Source of the DNA: Rhynchopus sp. YZ270_cl-10
Lineage: Eukaryota
DNA length: 64,000 nt
Assembly (NCBI GenBank): GCA_964035575.1
Contig: OZ037839.1
Span: forward strand, 1,302,001 to 1,366,000
Direction of reading: 5' to 3'
The notes under the pieces are model-generated. The model saw only the letters and a list, made by a program, of their open reading frames with translations, did no database searches and was not told the origin of the DNA. Shown here piece by piece: positions 22,407-34,062 of the stretch. Position numbers and translations under genes: made by a program. Position 1 is the stretch's first letter; every line of letters begins with the position of its first letter.

Positions 22407-25400
22407 CAGGGTATAACACGGATGCTGCCAGATCTGGCCAGATCTCCAGATCTGGGCCGCCCAGATCTGGCCAGATCTGGAAAATTTTTTTTTTTTTTTG
22501 AAAAAAAAAATTTTCCCAGACGTCCCAGATCTGGCCAGATCTGGCCAGATCTGGCCAAATCTGGGAGATCTGGGACGTCTGGGAAAATTTTTTTTTCCAG
22601 GTACCCCAATGACATAACGAAGTATCGCTTGAAGTACCGTTCAATATACGTTGCTCGTGTGTGCAAGTTACGAAGTAGGACACACAAGGTATATCAAACG
22701 ATAAATCAATCAGATAAAACGTTACATCATCGGAAAATTGTTGGCACCGCCGCCCTGTCTTCGTATTTATTACGTCGACAGGCCAAACAGCGTTGGGCTC
22801 AGAAGAAGCAGTGCAAAACACTGGGGATCAACATGAGAACCAACTCCCAACAACACAGGCTACCGAAGTAGCAGGTGGGGTGTTGCGGGTGTTTGGGGTG
22901 AAAGAAAATCGATTTTGGTAAGTTCCAGCAGAAAATTCTTAAGTTTGCACAATTGAGAAGGGTGTTACCACTGCCTAATAAACTTCGAACATGTGAACCG
23001 GTAAGGTCGAGAAGGGTGGACACGGCATACAAGTACAAGTACAAGTAAGACGTACCTTCTACAAAGGCTGAATTCGCAATTCTTAAGGGATTGAATTCAG
23101 CCCCCACGTGGTGTTTTTGAGAAAATCATTCCATGGTATACAGCTAATGGTTCCCGAAGAATGATTCGCCCCTCCTCGTTCATGCAAACTTAAGAAAATT
23201 CTGAAGTAACTACAACCTGGCGTGCGGGTACAGATGCATTGCTTTGTTCTTTCCTCAAAGTCATGTGTGATCTCTCGGGTCTGTACTAAAGTCAGTGTTT
23301 AGATAAGCATCCACTTGACTCGTTCTAACAACCGTCGAAATCTAGAACAAAACAATACACTGCCCCTTCTCACACCAAGCCGCCATGCTTCAAGAGCATG
23401 CCCTGGGCAAAAATTACTCTGACAAAAATTGGTTTTCTGGGGGAACGCAATATTTTCTTGTGCCTAGTCCTCCGCAAGAGCAGAGGACAGACTTTCCGGA
23501 TCCCGAAGTCGAATTTCTTGCACTAGCTATGCTCCCTGGGCTAAATGGCTATAGCAGTGACTGACTAAGAGTTTCATAATAATTAGGGTGGTCTATGGGG
23601 TGGGTTAATGGAAAAGTTGGTATATAAACCCGACTTTTACGATCGCCACCTGGTTTTGAAATAATTGCACCAGCTCTTCCGTCGGCACTGCTTCGCAGTC
23701 ACGATGAAGGGTCGTCGGTTCGGGTACCTGTTAAGAGAAATTGAATGTAAAAGTAGAGACTACAACAAAAAAAACAAACAAGAAGCCGCGCCGTACCCCT
23801 TAAACGTAAAAGTGACATTTTTGTTGACAAAAAAAAAAAAAAAAATAGCTAAAAAAATAGCGGACATGTCGAAAAGGGAGAAAACCGGGGGGTTAAAAAC
23901 ATACCTTGCACTCGGCCCACTCTCCAGGTACAAAGAACATCACTGCACGACAAACCCACTACTACGATAGAAAATAACTATTTTTTACCAGGTCGTTTTA
24001 TTGATGAGTGTTTTCTGAGTGCACACTCAGTGGGGACAAAATGCAACACTTACCGAAAAAATTCTCCAATCGGACAAAAACCTTTCTAAACACCCAAAAA
24101 AAAACACCTCAGTCCACATCCGCTGGGGTCGCGAGATGGAAATATATGGTTTTACAGCTTTTAGGGGGTCTAGCGTGGGTCCCAGATGCATTTTGCAACG
24201 GGTCTGTGTGTGCCTCAACCGCTTCACAGTACCCTTTTTTGTAACTGAAAACGACGCATCCTGTACCTAAGTGCACTGAAGCCTTGCTTGCGTCCTCCTT
24301 CGTGGTTTTGGGCGTTCGCACGCGAGAATCATTATCGCATTCTCACATGTAATTCTCGCATCACGGAGAGGATTTTAGCGTCACGTGACCACAAAAAAAG
24401 TGCACAAAATTAGTTTGGTCAAAAATCACCTTGCACTTGTGAAGGAATTGCTAAGGAAATGTGAAATATGCGTGTTTTGGTACACAAAAGTGCGTTTTGG
24501 GTGGTTCTGAAGGGTCAAAACACCAAAAAAATGCGTTTTTTTGCATTTTTGGTCACCCAAGGACCCACTATTTTGGTTGATATTTTTTTTTTCCCTTTGC
24601 GAAAAAATACCCAAAAATCACGGCTATAAAAACGCTAAGGAAAAATCGATATTCATTTTTTTGGGCAGAGAAGTGCGTTTTAGGCGCCCACAGATGGTCA
24701 AAACATCAAAAATTTTGTGTTTTTGGCATCTGGACACCCAAGGACCCACTATCAGGGGTGAATTTTTTTTGCCTGAGATTTGCCTTTGCCAAAATCGGAA
24801 AAAAAAAATTATGAAGGAAATTGCTAAGAAAAAGTCGAAATTGTGGGCCCCTGTAGTGCATATGGCGGTACCCCAGATCGTCAAAACACCCGACTCTTGC
24901 GTTTTTTTGCACTTTTTGGTGCACAAAAACCCTACTCAGGGGTCAAAATTTTCCCGGAAAAATTTTTTTTTTTTTTTGAGATTTTTCAAAAATCGACTTG
25001 TCTTTGGTAAAAACCACGAAATTTCGGGTTCGCAAAACCACGTTTTAGACCCCCACAGATGCTCAAAAGTGCCAAATTTTGCTTTAAATGGCCTCAAATC
25101 GTCGAAATTAGCCCTATATAGGGGCGAAAAAAAAAATTCGAGAGTCCCTTTCCCTGGGAGACAATAGCCAGAAATCTGAGAAAAAAAAAAAACTGGCCAG
25201 ATTTCCAGATCTGGCCAGATCTGGGGGGTTTTTTTTTTTTTTTGAAAAAAAAATTTTCCCAGATTCCCAGATCTGGCCAGATCTGGCCAGATCTGGAAAC
25301 AAGATCTCCACATCTGGAAAACGAGCCAGATCTGGGAAATTGGCCCCCAAATCTGGCCAGATCTGGCAGCATCCGTGGTATAAGCTTGGATTTTGGATTT

Positions 25401-26167
25401 TTTCCAGAATTAGGTTTTTTGAAAAAATTTTTTTTTGGTGGGGTTATAGACAAGGTTTTATATAGGAATTTTTTCCTGAACTGAGGATTCATTTTTTCCC
25501 ACCCACCCACCCAAAATAAAAGTTGTTTTTTCGGCTGGGGCCAGTTGTGGTGTGCCTTGAACCCCCTTGGCTGTAAACCCAATTGATAGCAATTCGTGCA
25601 CCAGGCACACGTGGTACACGAATTGTATGTAGCCAGTACATTTATAACAAAGAAAGGGCGGTCATGGCACCCAAAGGTTCCTAGCGAAGCCACGGTACGC
25701 AACATTTCAAAAAATTGCGCTCATAATCGCACATTTTTACAGCCGAACTATGTCAGGGAAGGGTGGGTTGCAATCTTGCGCCGCAGGCGCACGGTACGCT
25801 ACTTTTATAATTTCGCCATGATACATGCTTCCTTTTCCTTCGGTGTTTGACCAATTGAGTCGCGTTCTGGCTGTGACGGGGGTGTGGGTAGGGTGTTGGT
25901 CGGGGCCTTGCGTTTCATAGTGTTAATAAATGTATGCAATGTTCTGGGGGGAATTTATGTGGGGTGCAAAATTATGATTCCCTGATTTTGAGTTTTTTGG
26001 GGAGTTTAAGCTCTCGCCTCGACGTGGTAACCTCACTCAGTAGTTTTTGATGAGTCCAAAGTGCCTGAACCCCTTCTGAGAGCCTTTTTTTTTTTTTTTT
26101 TTTTTTCCCCGAAAAATTTCAGAGTTAGGTTTTTGAACCTAATTCTGAGTACCAAGCTAATACCCTG
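22407..26167. mobile_element. Non-autonomous hAT-type transposon, left TIR interrupted by a second element
   Basis: Reconstructed TIR CAGGGTATAAGCTTGG / CCAAGCTAATACCCTG; 8-bp TSD TTTTGGTT; empty site in the duplicated flank at ~28737 (ttttggttccctatttg). Confidence 0.88.
22417..25377 (-). mobile_element. DNA transposon with 6-bp TSD and CCAGATCTGG subterminal arrays; decayed hAT-like transposase
   Basis: TIR CACGGATGCTGCCAGATCTGGCCAGAT; TSD GTATAA (22411-22416, 25378-25383); frameshifted minus-strand remnant LMLIP/TASSE...INTKTGRR near 22740-22850 resembles the hAT dimerisation motif. Confidence 0.8.
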
Positions 26168-27045
26168 TTTTGGTTCCCTATTTGACTCCGGCGATGGGAG
26201 CATTCACTACACTGACTTTCGAATAAGTCTTTTTGCTAGTGATCTTTTATTTTGTATCTTTTTGTTTGCCTTTTCTCTTGTTGCGGCAGTCCTCTCTACT
26301 CTCCCCTGCCACCCCCGTTCCCATCCCGATTACAAAGCCTCCCGAAGGGGAATTTAACATAACACAAACGTGGTCCTCACCCCCTTGCTTGTTCCTCCTT
26401 CAACTTTCCCCCCCAACCCACCACAGTCCCCAACAGAAATTTTTGTGTTTTTAAAAATGTTTTCCTGGCATGTTTTTGAGGTGTTTTTATGGGACATTTG
26501 TAACTATCTGGGCTCCCGGAGTGACTTTTCGGCTACTTTTCACGAAAAACCCGACCCAGAATGTGATTACAAGCTTGCGATATTGCTGGGATGGGTATGG
26601 GGTGGGTATTTTCGGACCTGTTTTTTGACCTTAAAGCACCAAAAAAAACGGCCAAAAAAAGTACCCAAAGTGTGCAAAACAGGTCGGTACAAACTCACAG
26701 GGCATCCCTGGGGCAGTTTTGTGCCCAAGCAGCTGTCATGATGTCGGAATTTTACAGTTTTTTTTGATTTTTTTCACAAAAACTGCCATTTTACCCAACA
26801 TGGGATTTTTTTTTTGCATTTTATCATATTCTGAGTTGCCCTTATCATGGATTTTCGGGTCACGGGGCGTTTCTGACCCACTTCTGGGGTGTTTTCCGAC
26901 CGGAGGTGGCCTGGAAATGGCCCAAAATAATGTGAGAGGTTAATACGAGAACATTTTATATATGTGTCAGCGCCTGCGTCCCAGAGGCGTTTGCACTATC
27001 AACTTCACTTTTATAAGGGAGCCCCCTAACCCCCCCTTCTACACT

Positions 27046-28263
27046 ATGGTTCAGGTGACTATCTGTGGCGGCGGCAATGCGGCCCATGCTATGTGTGCTG
27101 ACCTTTCATCCCGCGGACACCGTGTCAACATGTACATGCCCTTCAGCGATGAGGCTGCACGCTTCAAGGCAGGACTGAAGAAGCATGGAGGGCTCCGCAT
27201 CAAGTACTCCCAGACGGGGAAGACGTTTGTGGCGCACCCTGCTTGCGTCTCCACCGATCCAAAGGAGGCACTCGCACGGTCGAAGTATGTGTTCATCCCG
27301 CTTCCAGTGTTTGCACATCTTCCGACTTTGAGGGGTATTGTGCCTCACGTTGCTGAAGATGCCGTGATTGTTGCACTCCCTGCAACTGGGGCGTTTGATT
27401 GGACTGCAGAAAAGGTGTTCGCGGAGTGCGGACGGCGTGTGCACATTGCAGGGCTTTCTTCTCTGCCGTATGTGACACGTACGTCGGTGTATGGATCAGA
27501 GGTGGAGCTCTTTGGAGTAAAGGAGATCGTCGGGATAGCGACCGCGCCGTGCAACCTCGCACACGAGGTGGCATCGGATCTGCAGAACATTTTGCGGTTC
27601 AAGATCGATGAGTTCCCCTCCTTCCTTGCGCTCACCTTGACCCCAACCAACCCCATCATGCACACCGGACGTATGTATGGCATGCTCGTCGCCAGCAAAG
27701 AAGGCTACTGGCGGAACCGTGTTGGGGGATTCAAAAGCAACCCGAAGTTTTATGACGACTGCGACGACGTTTCCGACGAATGGTTGCACAAACTTGACAA
27801 CGAAAACCAGGCGATTGTGCGGAAGATGGAAGAGCTTGCGCCAGGCTGCATCGCGGGCAGGGTGGAGACAATCAACAGGTATTTGCAGCGGACCTACGGC
27901 GCGCAGATCACAGATTCTACTACCGGCGGGTCTTGCTACAGAACTAACATCGCATTCAAGGGCCTTGGCTCACCCATGTACCAGGTCGCAACCGACTATT
28001 GGGTGCCCGACTTCAAGAGCCGCTACTTCACAGAGGACATTCCGTGTGGCCTGCTTGCCAACCGAGGTCTTGCCGAGCTTCTGGGTGTCCCCACGCCACA
28101 CATGGACACCGTCATTGAGTGGGCGCAAAGGGAGATGGGCAGGAAATGGCTTGTCAACGGCAAGGTCAACCCCAAAGAACTCCCGCAGACGACCCCGCAG
28201 GCTGCAGGGCTAACAAAGGAGGACGTTGTGAGCATGTACCAGGTGCAAAAGGGGAAGTTGTAA
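27046..28263 (+). CDS. Opine dehydrogenase, copy 2
   Basis: Near-identical to 20539-21756 (13 aa differences counted by eye); 3' flank also duplicated. Confidence 0.9.
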   Translation: MVQVTICGGGNAAHAMCADLSSRGHRVNMYMPFSDEAARFKAGLKKHGGLRIKYSQTGKTFVAHPACVSTDPKEALARSKYVFIPLPVFAHLPTLRGIVPHVAEDAVIVALPATGAFDWTAEKVFAECGRRVHIAGLSSLPYVTRTSVYGSEVELFGVKEIVGIATAPCNLAHEVASDLQNILRFKIDEFPSFLALTLTPTNPIMHTGRMYGMLVASKEGYWRNRVGGFKSNPKFYDDCDDVSDEWLHKLDNENQAIVRKMEELAPGCIAGRVETINRYLQRTYGAQITDSTTGGSCYRTNIAFKGLGSPMYQVATDYWVPDFKSRYFTEDIPCGLLANRGLAELLGVPTPHMDTVIEWAQREMGRKWLVNGKVNPKELPQTTPQAAGLTKEDVVSMYQVQKGKL

Positions 28264-29015
28264 AAAAAAGGTGGGGTGTTTCTTCTTTGTGGATTTAGAA
28301 AAAGCAAGGGTACTTCTGTAGCACCCTCCATTCCATTTTTTTCGTAAGAAAATACTGTATGAAATAATTCTTTGTGGATTTAGAAGAGAGAAAAAAACGT
28401 CTCAAATTCCTGGTTTTATTTTGATTTTTTTTTATACCTTCTATTCAGTATACGCGACTATCTCTTTTAACTCATCTATGAGCAAGAAATACACAGTGAA
28501 ACACGCAATCGGGTGTCTACACTACTACAAGCAAGTTTTTCAGAATACTAAAAATTGGGTTTTCAGTGAGAGACCTACGTCTGCCGATGAACGGTGAGGC
28601 GTTGGCAGTATCGAACCCTCTCTTTTTTTTGAAAACTTGGTTGTTTTTAGTGTACACATCCCGAGGCAGAGCTTCCACTATATTAAACGCTTGAAAGCAG
28701 CTGTTAATGAGCACTTTTTTTTGTTTTTTTGTTTTTTTTTGGTTCCCTATTTGACGCGATGGGAGCATTCACTACACTGACTTTCGAATAAGTCTTTTTG
28801 CTAGTGGTCTTTTATTTTGTATTTTATTTTGTTTGTCTTTTCTCTTGTTGCGGCAGTCCTCTCCCCTCTCCCCTGCCACCCCCCGTTCCCATCCCGATTA
28901 CAAAGCCCCCCCGAAGGGGGATTTAACATAACACAAACGTGGTCCTCACCCCCTTGCTTGTTCCTCCTTCAACTTCCCCCCCCTCCCAACCCACATACCC
29001 AACAGGAACCTATTC

Positions 29016-30137
29016 ATGATGAGAGCAGCAGTGCTTTTTGCGGCAGTGAGCTGTGCCTTGGCGCAGGACTTGCAGGTTGTGTGGAACGTGACTGTCGATG
29101 AGAAGGGCCTGACGAGTGTACCCTTTTGGCACGTCCATGTTGAGGACGACGTGGCGCTGGTCTCTGTACAGGAGTACCCGAATGTGAACGTATCGCGGGT
29201 CGACCTTGCAACGGGTGCACGGACGGGGTCTGTTCTGGGCTCTGCCGCAGGCACGTACGAGATGGACATCGACGCAGCTGGGGAGCTCTTCGCGATGTAC
29301 AACGCATTCGGCAACCCATGCCTGTACCGCACCAGCACCTTGCAGCAGCTCTGGTGTGCAAAGCAGGTGTGCAATGCCGACACGAAGTGCGCGTTTGCGC
29401 TGGGAGCCGGCATCTTCGTCTATGTGCACGGCACCACCGTTGTCGGGGTGCAGGCAAAGCCACACCCGGGTGAGGCCATTTGGGAGACGACACTGTCCGG
29501 CGCCATGGCAGGCAGCACAATCACTGTGTCGATGGGCAAGATGTTGCTTGCCGTTGCAACCACCAACCAAGTGTACACATTAAACCTCGACACAGGTATC
29601 GTTGCATACACGACGCAAGAAGTCAGTGTCATCAGCGAGAAGTTTGCCTTCGACAGCAGTGACAACCTCATTGCGTGCCAAGGCTTCTTCGGGCACTCCT
29701 TCTTGGTCCTCTCTCCACACGGTGAGGTCATCATGAACTACACATCCGAAGCAGGCAAGACAGTCTCGGCCGTCTACATGATGCCCGACTCTTCAGTTTA
29801 CATCACAGAGATCGTCATGGGCAAGGGGGTGGGCAACAACTACCCTGGACAGATCGTCTCCGTTGACAGCTCCGGGAAGAAGCAATGGACCTGGGGCACC
29901 ACAAACACCATCGGCGCCCTGCACCTCATGCCTGATAGGGGGCAACTCTCCTTCGTGACCACCTGGAACTTCAATGTGCTTTCCGCAGCAACTGGGAAGC
30001 TCCTCGGTGCAGCCCCTGTCATGGACTACAGCGAGCCCGGGGCTCCAGCTGACGACGGCAAGGGGAATGGTATTTTCGGTTCATGGATCATCGGCTCCAC
30101 AGCGCAATTCAACGTGGTGTCTGTGAAGCTGCCGTGA
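29016..30137 (+). CDS. Secreted beta-propeller (PQQ-like repeat) protein
   Basis: Signal peptide MMRAAVLFAAVSCALAQD; repeated motifs DLATGART, PGEAIWET, NLDTGIVAY, DSSGKKQWTW, SAATGKLL. Confidence 0.7.
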   Translation: MMRAAVLFAAVSCALAQDLQVVWNVTVDEKGLTSVPFWHVHVEDDVALVSVQEYPNVNVSRVDLATGARTGSVLGSAAGTYEMDIDAAGELFAMYNAFGNPCLYRTSTLQQLWCAKQVCNADTKCAFALGAGIFVYVHGTTVVGVQAKPHPGEAIWETTLSGAMAGSTITVSMGKMLLAVATTNQVYTLNLDTGIVAYTTQEVSVISEKFAFDSSDNLIACQGFFGHSFLVLSPHGEVIMNYTSEAGKTVSAVYMMPDSSVYITEIVMGKGVGNNYPGQIVSVDSSGKKQWTWGTTNTIGALHLMPDRGQLSFVTTWNFNVLSAATGKLLGAAPVMDYSEPGAPADDGKGNGIFGSWIIGSTAQFNVVSVKLP

Positions 30138-30341
30138 TAAAGCGGGAAAATAAAGGTGTCAAAAATCCCAAAGCTAACAACTGTGCTTTTTTGTGTTCTC
30201 AGTGTGCTCCCGTGTGTTTATATATCTTTTTTTAATTCAGAAGAGGTGAGAGGGGGTAAGCAGCAATGCTTCCCACAGGGGGAGAGGAAGCGGAGCTAAA
30301 AAGCCTTGACTATTCCTTTGTAAAACCAACGATACAAAAAA

Positions 30342-31077
30342 CAGTGTTTCCCACGGTGAGATTTTGGGGTGAGAAATCTCACAAAAAAAAAAAAAAAAAA
30401 AAAGTGAGGTGAGAAATCTCACCTGCGGGGAAAAAAAAAAAAAAAAAAAATCATGGTTGAACCACGGGAGTACCATGGAACTGGGTTGCTGACCGCACCA
30501 TCCAGGCTGTACCTCAATTTTTTTTTGCCTGCGGCGCCATTTTCCCTTTTTTGCTCCGCAAAAAAGGGTTGGGTGTGTGACTATGTGCTGTAAAAAGATA
30601 GATTTTTACACTGTACCCTAATTTTTTTTCGCCTGCGGCGCCATTTGTTTGATTTTTTTTTGCTCCGCAAAAATCCCTATGTTCCCAATGTCCCTGGTCA
30701 GCAGTGCTGAAAAAATTTTGGGCACAAAAACAAGCTGACCCCCCAATCTTCCAACGACAGTGACATTTATGTCAACAATTTTTAGAAATGTCGCGTACCG
30801 TGGCTTCGCTTGGGTGCCATGCCTGCCATGACTGCCGTTTATTTTGTAAATGTACTGAGTTTACTGATAATTCGTATACCACGTGTGCCTGGTGCAAATA
30901 TCAATGAAGTGCCGAACTCCGAGAAATTCTCACATTCCGCCGGAGGCCCCCAACTTGAGCTAAGGTGGGGACCCGGGCGCGCGAAGCGCGCCCGGGCTCG
31001 CCACACCTATGCAAAAACCCGCAAAACCGCAAAATCTCACCTATTTTCAGAGTTAGGTGAGATGCTGGGAAACACTG
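30342..31077. mobile_element. Non-autonomous hAT-type element
   Basis: TIR CAGTGTTTCCCA / TGGGAAACACTG; 8-bp TSD ACAAAAAA; interior shares sequence (reverse complement) with ~61480-61810 and with the shared core repeat. Confidence 0.75.
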
Positions 31078-31280
31078 ACAAAAAAAAAAAAAAAAATGTA
31101 TTTTTTTTTCGAGGTGGTGGTGATGAGTGGCTTCTAAAAAATTGGTTTTTTTTCCTTCTTTTTTTTGATAAATTGTTGGAGTAGTGTAGTTGCCTCGGTT
31201 GTGTCGCCACATTTGTGCAATTCTCGTGCTCTTCCTTACCCAACAACCCACCCGCAGAGATACATCAAGAGACACATAAA

Positions 31281-32279
31281 ATGGAACTGACTATCGAGGG
31301 CTTGGGGAAGGACTTCGTGATTGAGGTGGGTGAGAACGACACAACGGAGACAATGCGGCAGAAGGTGGCGTCTGCAACAGGGTTGTGCGAAAACAGCTTC
31401 CGCATGGGCTTCGGAGGGAAGGAGGAAGGAGAGGACATCACAGAACTGAGTGCTGGAGACACAGTCGTGTTGACGAAAACGATGAAGTACGAAGCCATAT
31501 CAGCTCTTCATGCATTGGGTGAGACAAACATCACAGCAGAAAGGTTGCAGCAGGTGGAGGATCCGAAGGTGGCCAGCTTGCTTCTTCAGGCAGAAGTTGC
31601 GACTGAGATTCCAGAAGACTTCTTCTCAGGTAGTGACGTAACGCGCATTGGTTTCAGTTGCGTACCCAATGTGGATGACAACTGTGGCATCACACTGCAC
31701 CTGCCTGCATTACCCTGCGTCACCACGATTGGTGACTTTTTTCTCTCCTACTGCGAAGCGTTGTCGGAAGTGGACCTGACCGGCCTGCAAGCAGTCACCG
31801 CGATTGGTTACTGGTTTCTCTACAGCTGCACATCGTTGTCGAAAGTCGACCTGCCCGGCTTGCAATCAGTCACCACGATTGGTGACTTTTTTCTCTCCTA
31901 CTGCGAAGCGTTGTCGGAAGTGGACCTGACCGGCCTGCAATCAGTCACCACGATTGGTGCCGATTTTCTCTCCTCCTGCGAAACGTTGTCGGAAGTAGAC
32001 CTGACCGGCCTGCAAGCAGTCACCACGATTGGTGCCAATTTTCTCTACGGCTGCACAACTTTATCGAACGTAGACCTCACAGGCCTGCAATCAGTCACCA
32101 CGATTGGTAACTGTTTTCTCTACGGCTGCACAGCCTTGTCGGAAGTGGACCTCTCAGGCCTGCAAGCAGTCACCACGATTGGTGATGATTTTCTCTCCGA
32201 CTGCCCATTGTCGAAAGTCGACGGAAGGGACAAGTGTAGCAACGTTGTACGCAGCAGACTAGGTGACGTTGGTTTTTAG
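31281..32279 (+). CDS. Ubl-LRR protein, type A (7 repeats)
   Basis: Paralogue of 12670-13821 with the same Ubl and C-terminal cap. Confidence 0.88.
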   Translation: MELTIEGLGKDFVIEVGENDTTETMRQKVASATGLCENSFRMGFGGKEEGEDITELSAGDTVVLTKTMKYEAISALHALGETNITAERLQQVEDPKVASLLLQAEVATEIPEDFFSGSDVTRIGFSCVPNVDDNCGITLHLPALPCVTTIGDFFLSYCEALSEVDLTGLQAVTAIGYWFLYSCTSLSKVDLPGLQSVTTIGDFFLSYCEALSEVDLTGLQSVTTIGADFLSSCETLSEVDLTGLQAVTTIGANFLYGCTTLSNVDLTGLQSVTTIGNCFLYGCTALSEVDLSGLQAVTTIGDDFLSDCPLSKVDGRDKCSNVVRSRLGDVGF

Positions 32280-32646
32280 GGGCAGTAGAGTGGGAATTGG
32301 GGTGTTAGGATTATTGGGTGTGTTTGGGCGGGTGGTGGAGGTAGGTAACACAAATGGATGGCCTTCACCTTGCCACCGGTTCATTTCACTCCACCCTTGA
32401 AATGAGACTCTCAGTTCTTCCTCACAGCAGCTTTTTGAATACGCGGGTTTTCGATGTTTTTTTCGTGTCTTTTGGAGGTTTCACGTAAGAGAGAGAGAGA
32501 GAGGATGGATACGGTGGACAAAGAGAGGACGACAGCAAAATAGCGAATGGGGGGTATTTCATTTTGTTTCTATTTTGTTGTATCTTGCCTCCCTCCTCCT
32601 CCTTCTCAACACCACCCCACAACAGAGCAACACTTCACTCGAAACA

Positions 32647-34062
32647 ATGGAACTGATTTTCCAGGGCTTGGGGAAGGACTTCGTGATTGAGGTGGGTGAG
32701 AAGGACACAACGGAGACGATGCGGCAGAAGGTGGCGTCTGCAACAGGGTTGTGCGAAGACAGCTTCCGCATGGGCTTCGGAGGGAAGGAGGAAGGAGAGG
32801 ACATCACAGAACTGAGTGCTGGAGACACAGTCGTGTTGACGAAAACTACTAAGTACGCAGCTCTTGAAGCACTTCGTGCCTTGGGTGAGACAGACATTTC
32901 CGAATCGAGGTTGGCGACTGTGCAGGATCCTGAGGTGGCTTCTCTGCTTCTTCAGGCGGAGGTTGCGACTGTTATTCCAAACTTCTTCTTGAAGCAAGCA
33001 TTGTTTACGAGACTTGATCTCTCTGTTGTGTCTGTTGTGACACGAATTGCGCACGGCTTCCTCTTCGGGTGTAGGTTGGTGGAAATCGTTGACTTGTCGG
33101 GATTGTGCAACGTTACGCACATTGGGATTGCCTGTCTCGATGGCTGCACATCGTTGACAAGCCTTAACGTGTCAGGGTTCACTGGTGTGACGGTGATAGA
33201 GAACGGGTTCCTCCGAGGAAGTGGCGTCACAAATCTTGACTTATCCCATATGACGAGTGTGACGGAGGTTGGTGCAGAATTTCTTATCAACTGCAAGTCG
33301 TTGGAACGTCTTGACATCTCAGGATGGCACAGAATCACGCACATTAAGAACAATTTCCTCCAGCACTGTACCTCGTTGGACACGATTGACTTGTCAGCAC
33401 TGCACAAAGTTGTGAAGGTAGGCTACAATTTTCTTTGGGGCTGCACCTCTCTGGCAAGTGTCGACCTCTCAGCTTTTGGCAATGTCGCAGACATAGGACA
33501 CAGGTTTCTCAGTCACTGCTCATCATTGAAAACAGTTGACTTATCAGTGTTGCGCAGCATCACGCACATTAAGTCAAGCTGGATGCAAGGGTGCTCCGCG
33601 TTGACAACAGCAGACTTATCAGGAATGAGCAATGTTACGAACATTAGTACATATTTCCTGGATGAGTGCACATCCTTGACGATGCTGGACATGTCCGGTA
33701 TAGGCAGTGCCACAAGGATCCAACACGACTTCCTGCGCAACTGCAACGCACTCACAACAGTCGTCTTGCCAGGCAACATCGACATTGACGAGATGCCTCT
33801 CCCGATTGAAGTTGAAAAGAACGACAGCAGCAGGAAGACCTTCCATGCATGTGCATGTGACATTTACGCAAGGTTTACGGAACAGTTCGGAGGTGTGCAG
33901 ACAGAAGATCTGGTACGAACAGACGTGTCTGGAGGTGCAAGACAATATATTGCATTGAAAGCAGGACAAGAAGGAGAAGGTTTGATGCAAGCACAAGAGG
34001 ACGAGGACAAGCAGGAACTGGACAAACAGGAGCATGACAGGCAAGGGTACTTGGAGGGTTAG
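32647..34062 (+). CDS. Ubl-LRR protein, type B (divergent repeats, acidic C-terminal tail)
   Basis: Same Ubl (MELIFQGLGKDFVIEVGE...) followed by degenerate 25-aa LRRs (VDLSxLxxVTxIxxxFLxxCxSL). Confidence 0.85.
   Translation: MELIFQGLGKDFVIEVGEKDTTETMRQKVASATGLCEDSFRMGFGGKEEGEDITELSAGDTVVLTKTTKYAALEALRALGETDISESRLATVQDPEVASLLLQAEVATVIPNFFLKQALFTRLDLSVVSVVTRIAHGFLFGCRLVEIVDLSGLCNVTHIGIACLDGCTSLTSLNVSGFTGVTVIENGFLRGSGVTNLDLSHMTSVTEVGAEFLINCKSLERLDISGWHRITHIKNNFLQHCTSLDTIDLSALHKVVKVGYNFLWGCTSLASVDLSAFGNVADIGHRFLSHCSSLKTVDLSVLRSITHIKSSWMQGCSALTTADLSGMSNVTNISTYFLDECTSLTMLDMSGIGSATRIQHDFLRNCNALTTVVLPGNIDIDEMPLPIEVEKNDSSRKTFHACACDIYARFTEQFGGVQTEDLVRTDVSGGARQYIALKAGQEGEGLMQAQEDEDKQELDKQEHDRQGYLEG

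Noticed and set aside
22147..25705. ORFs with QIWPDLARSG repeats
   Set aside because: Translations of the CCAGATCTGG subterminal arrays of a transposon.
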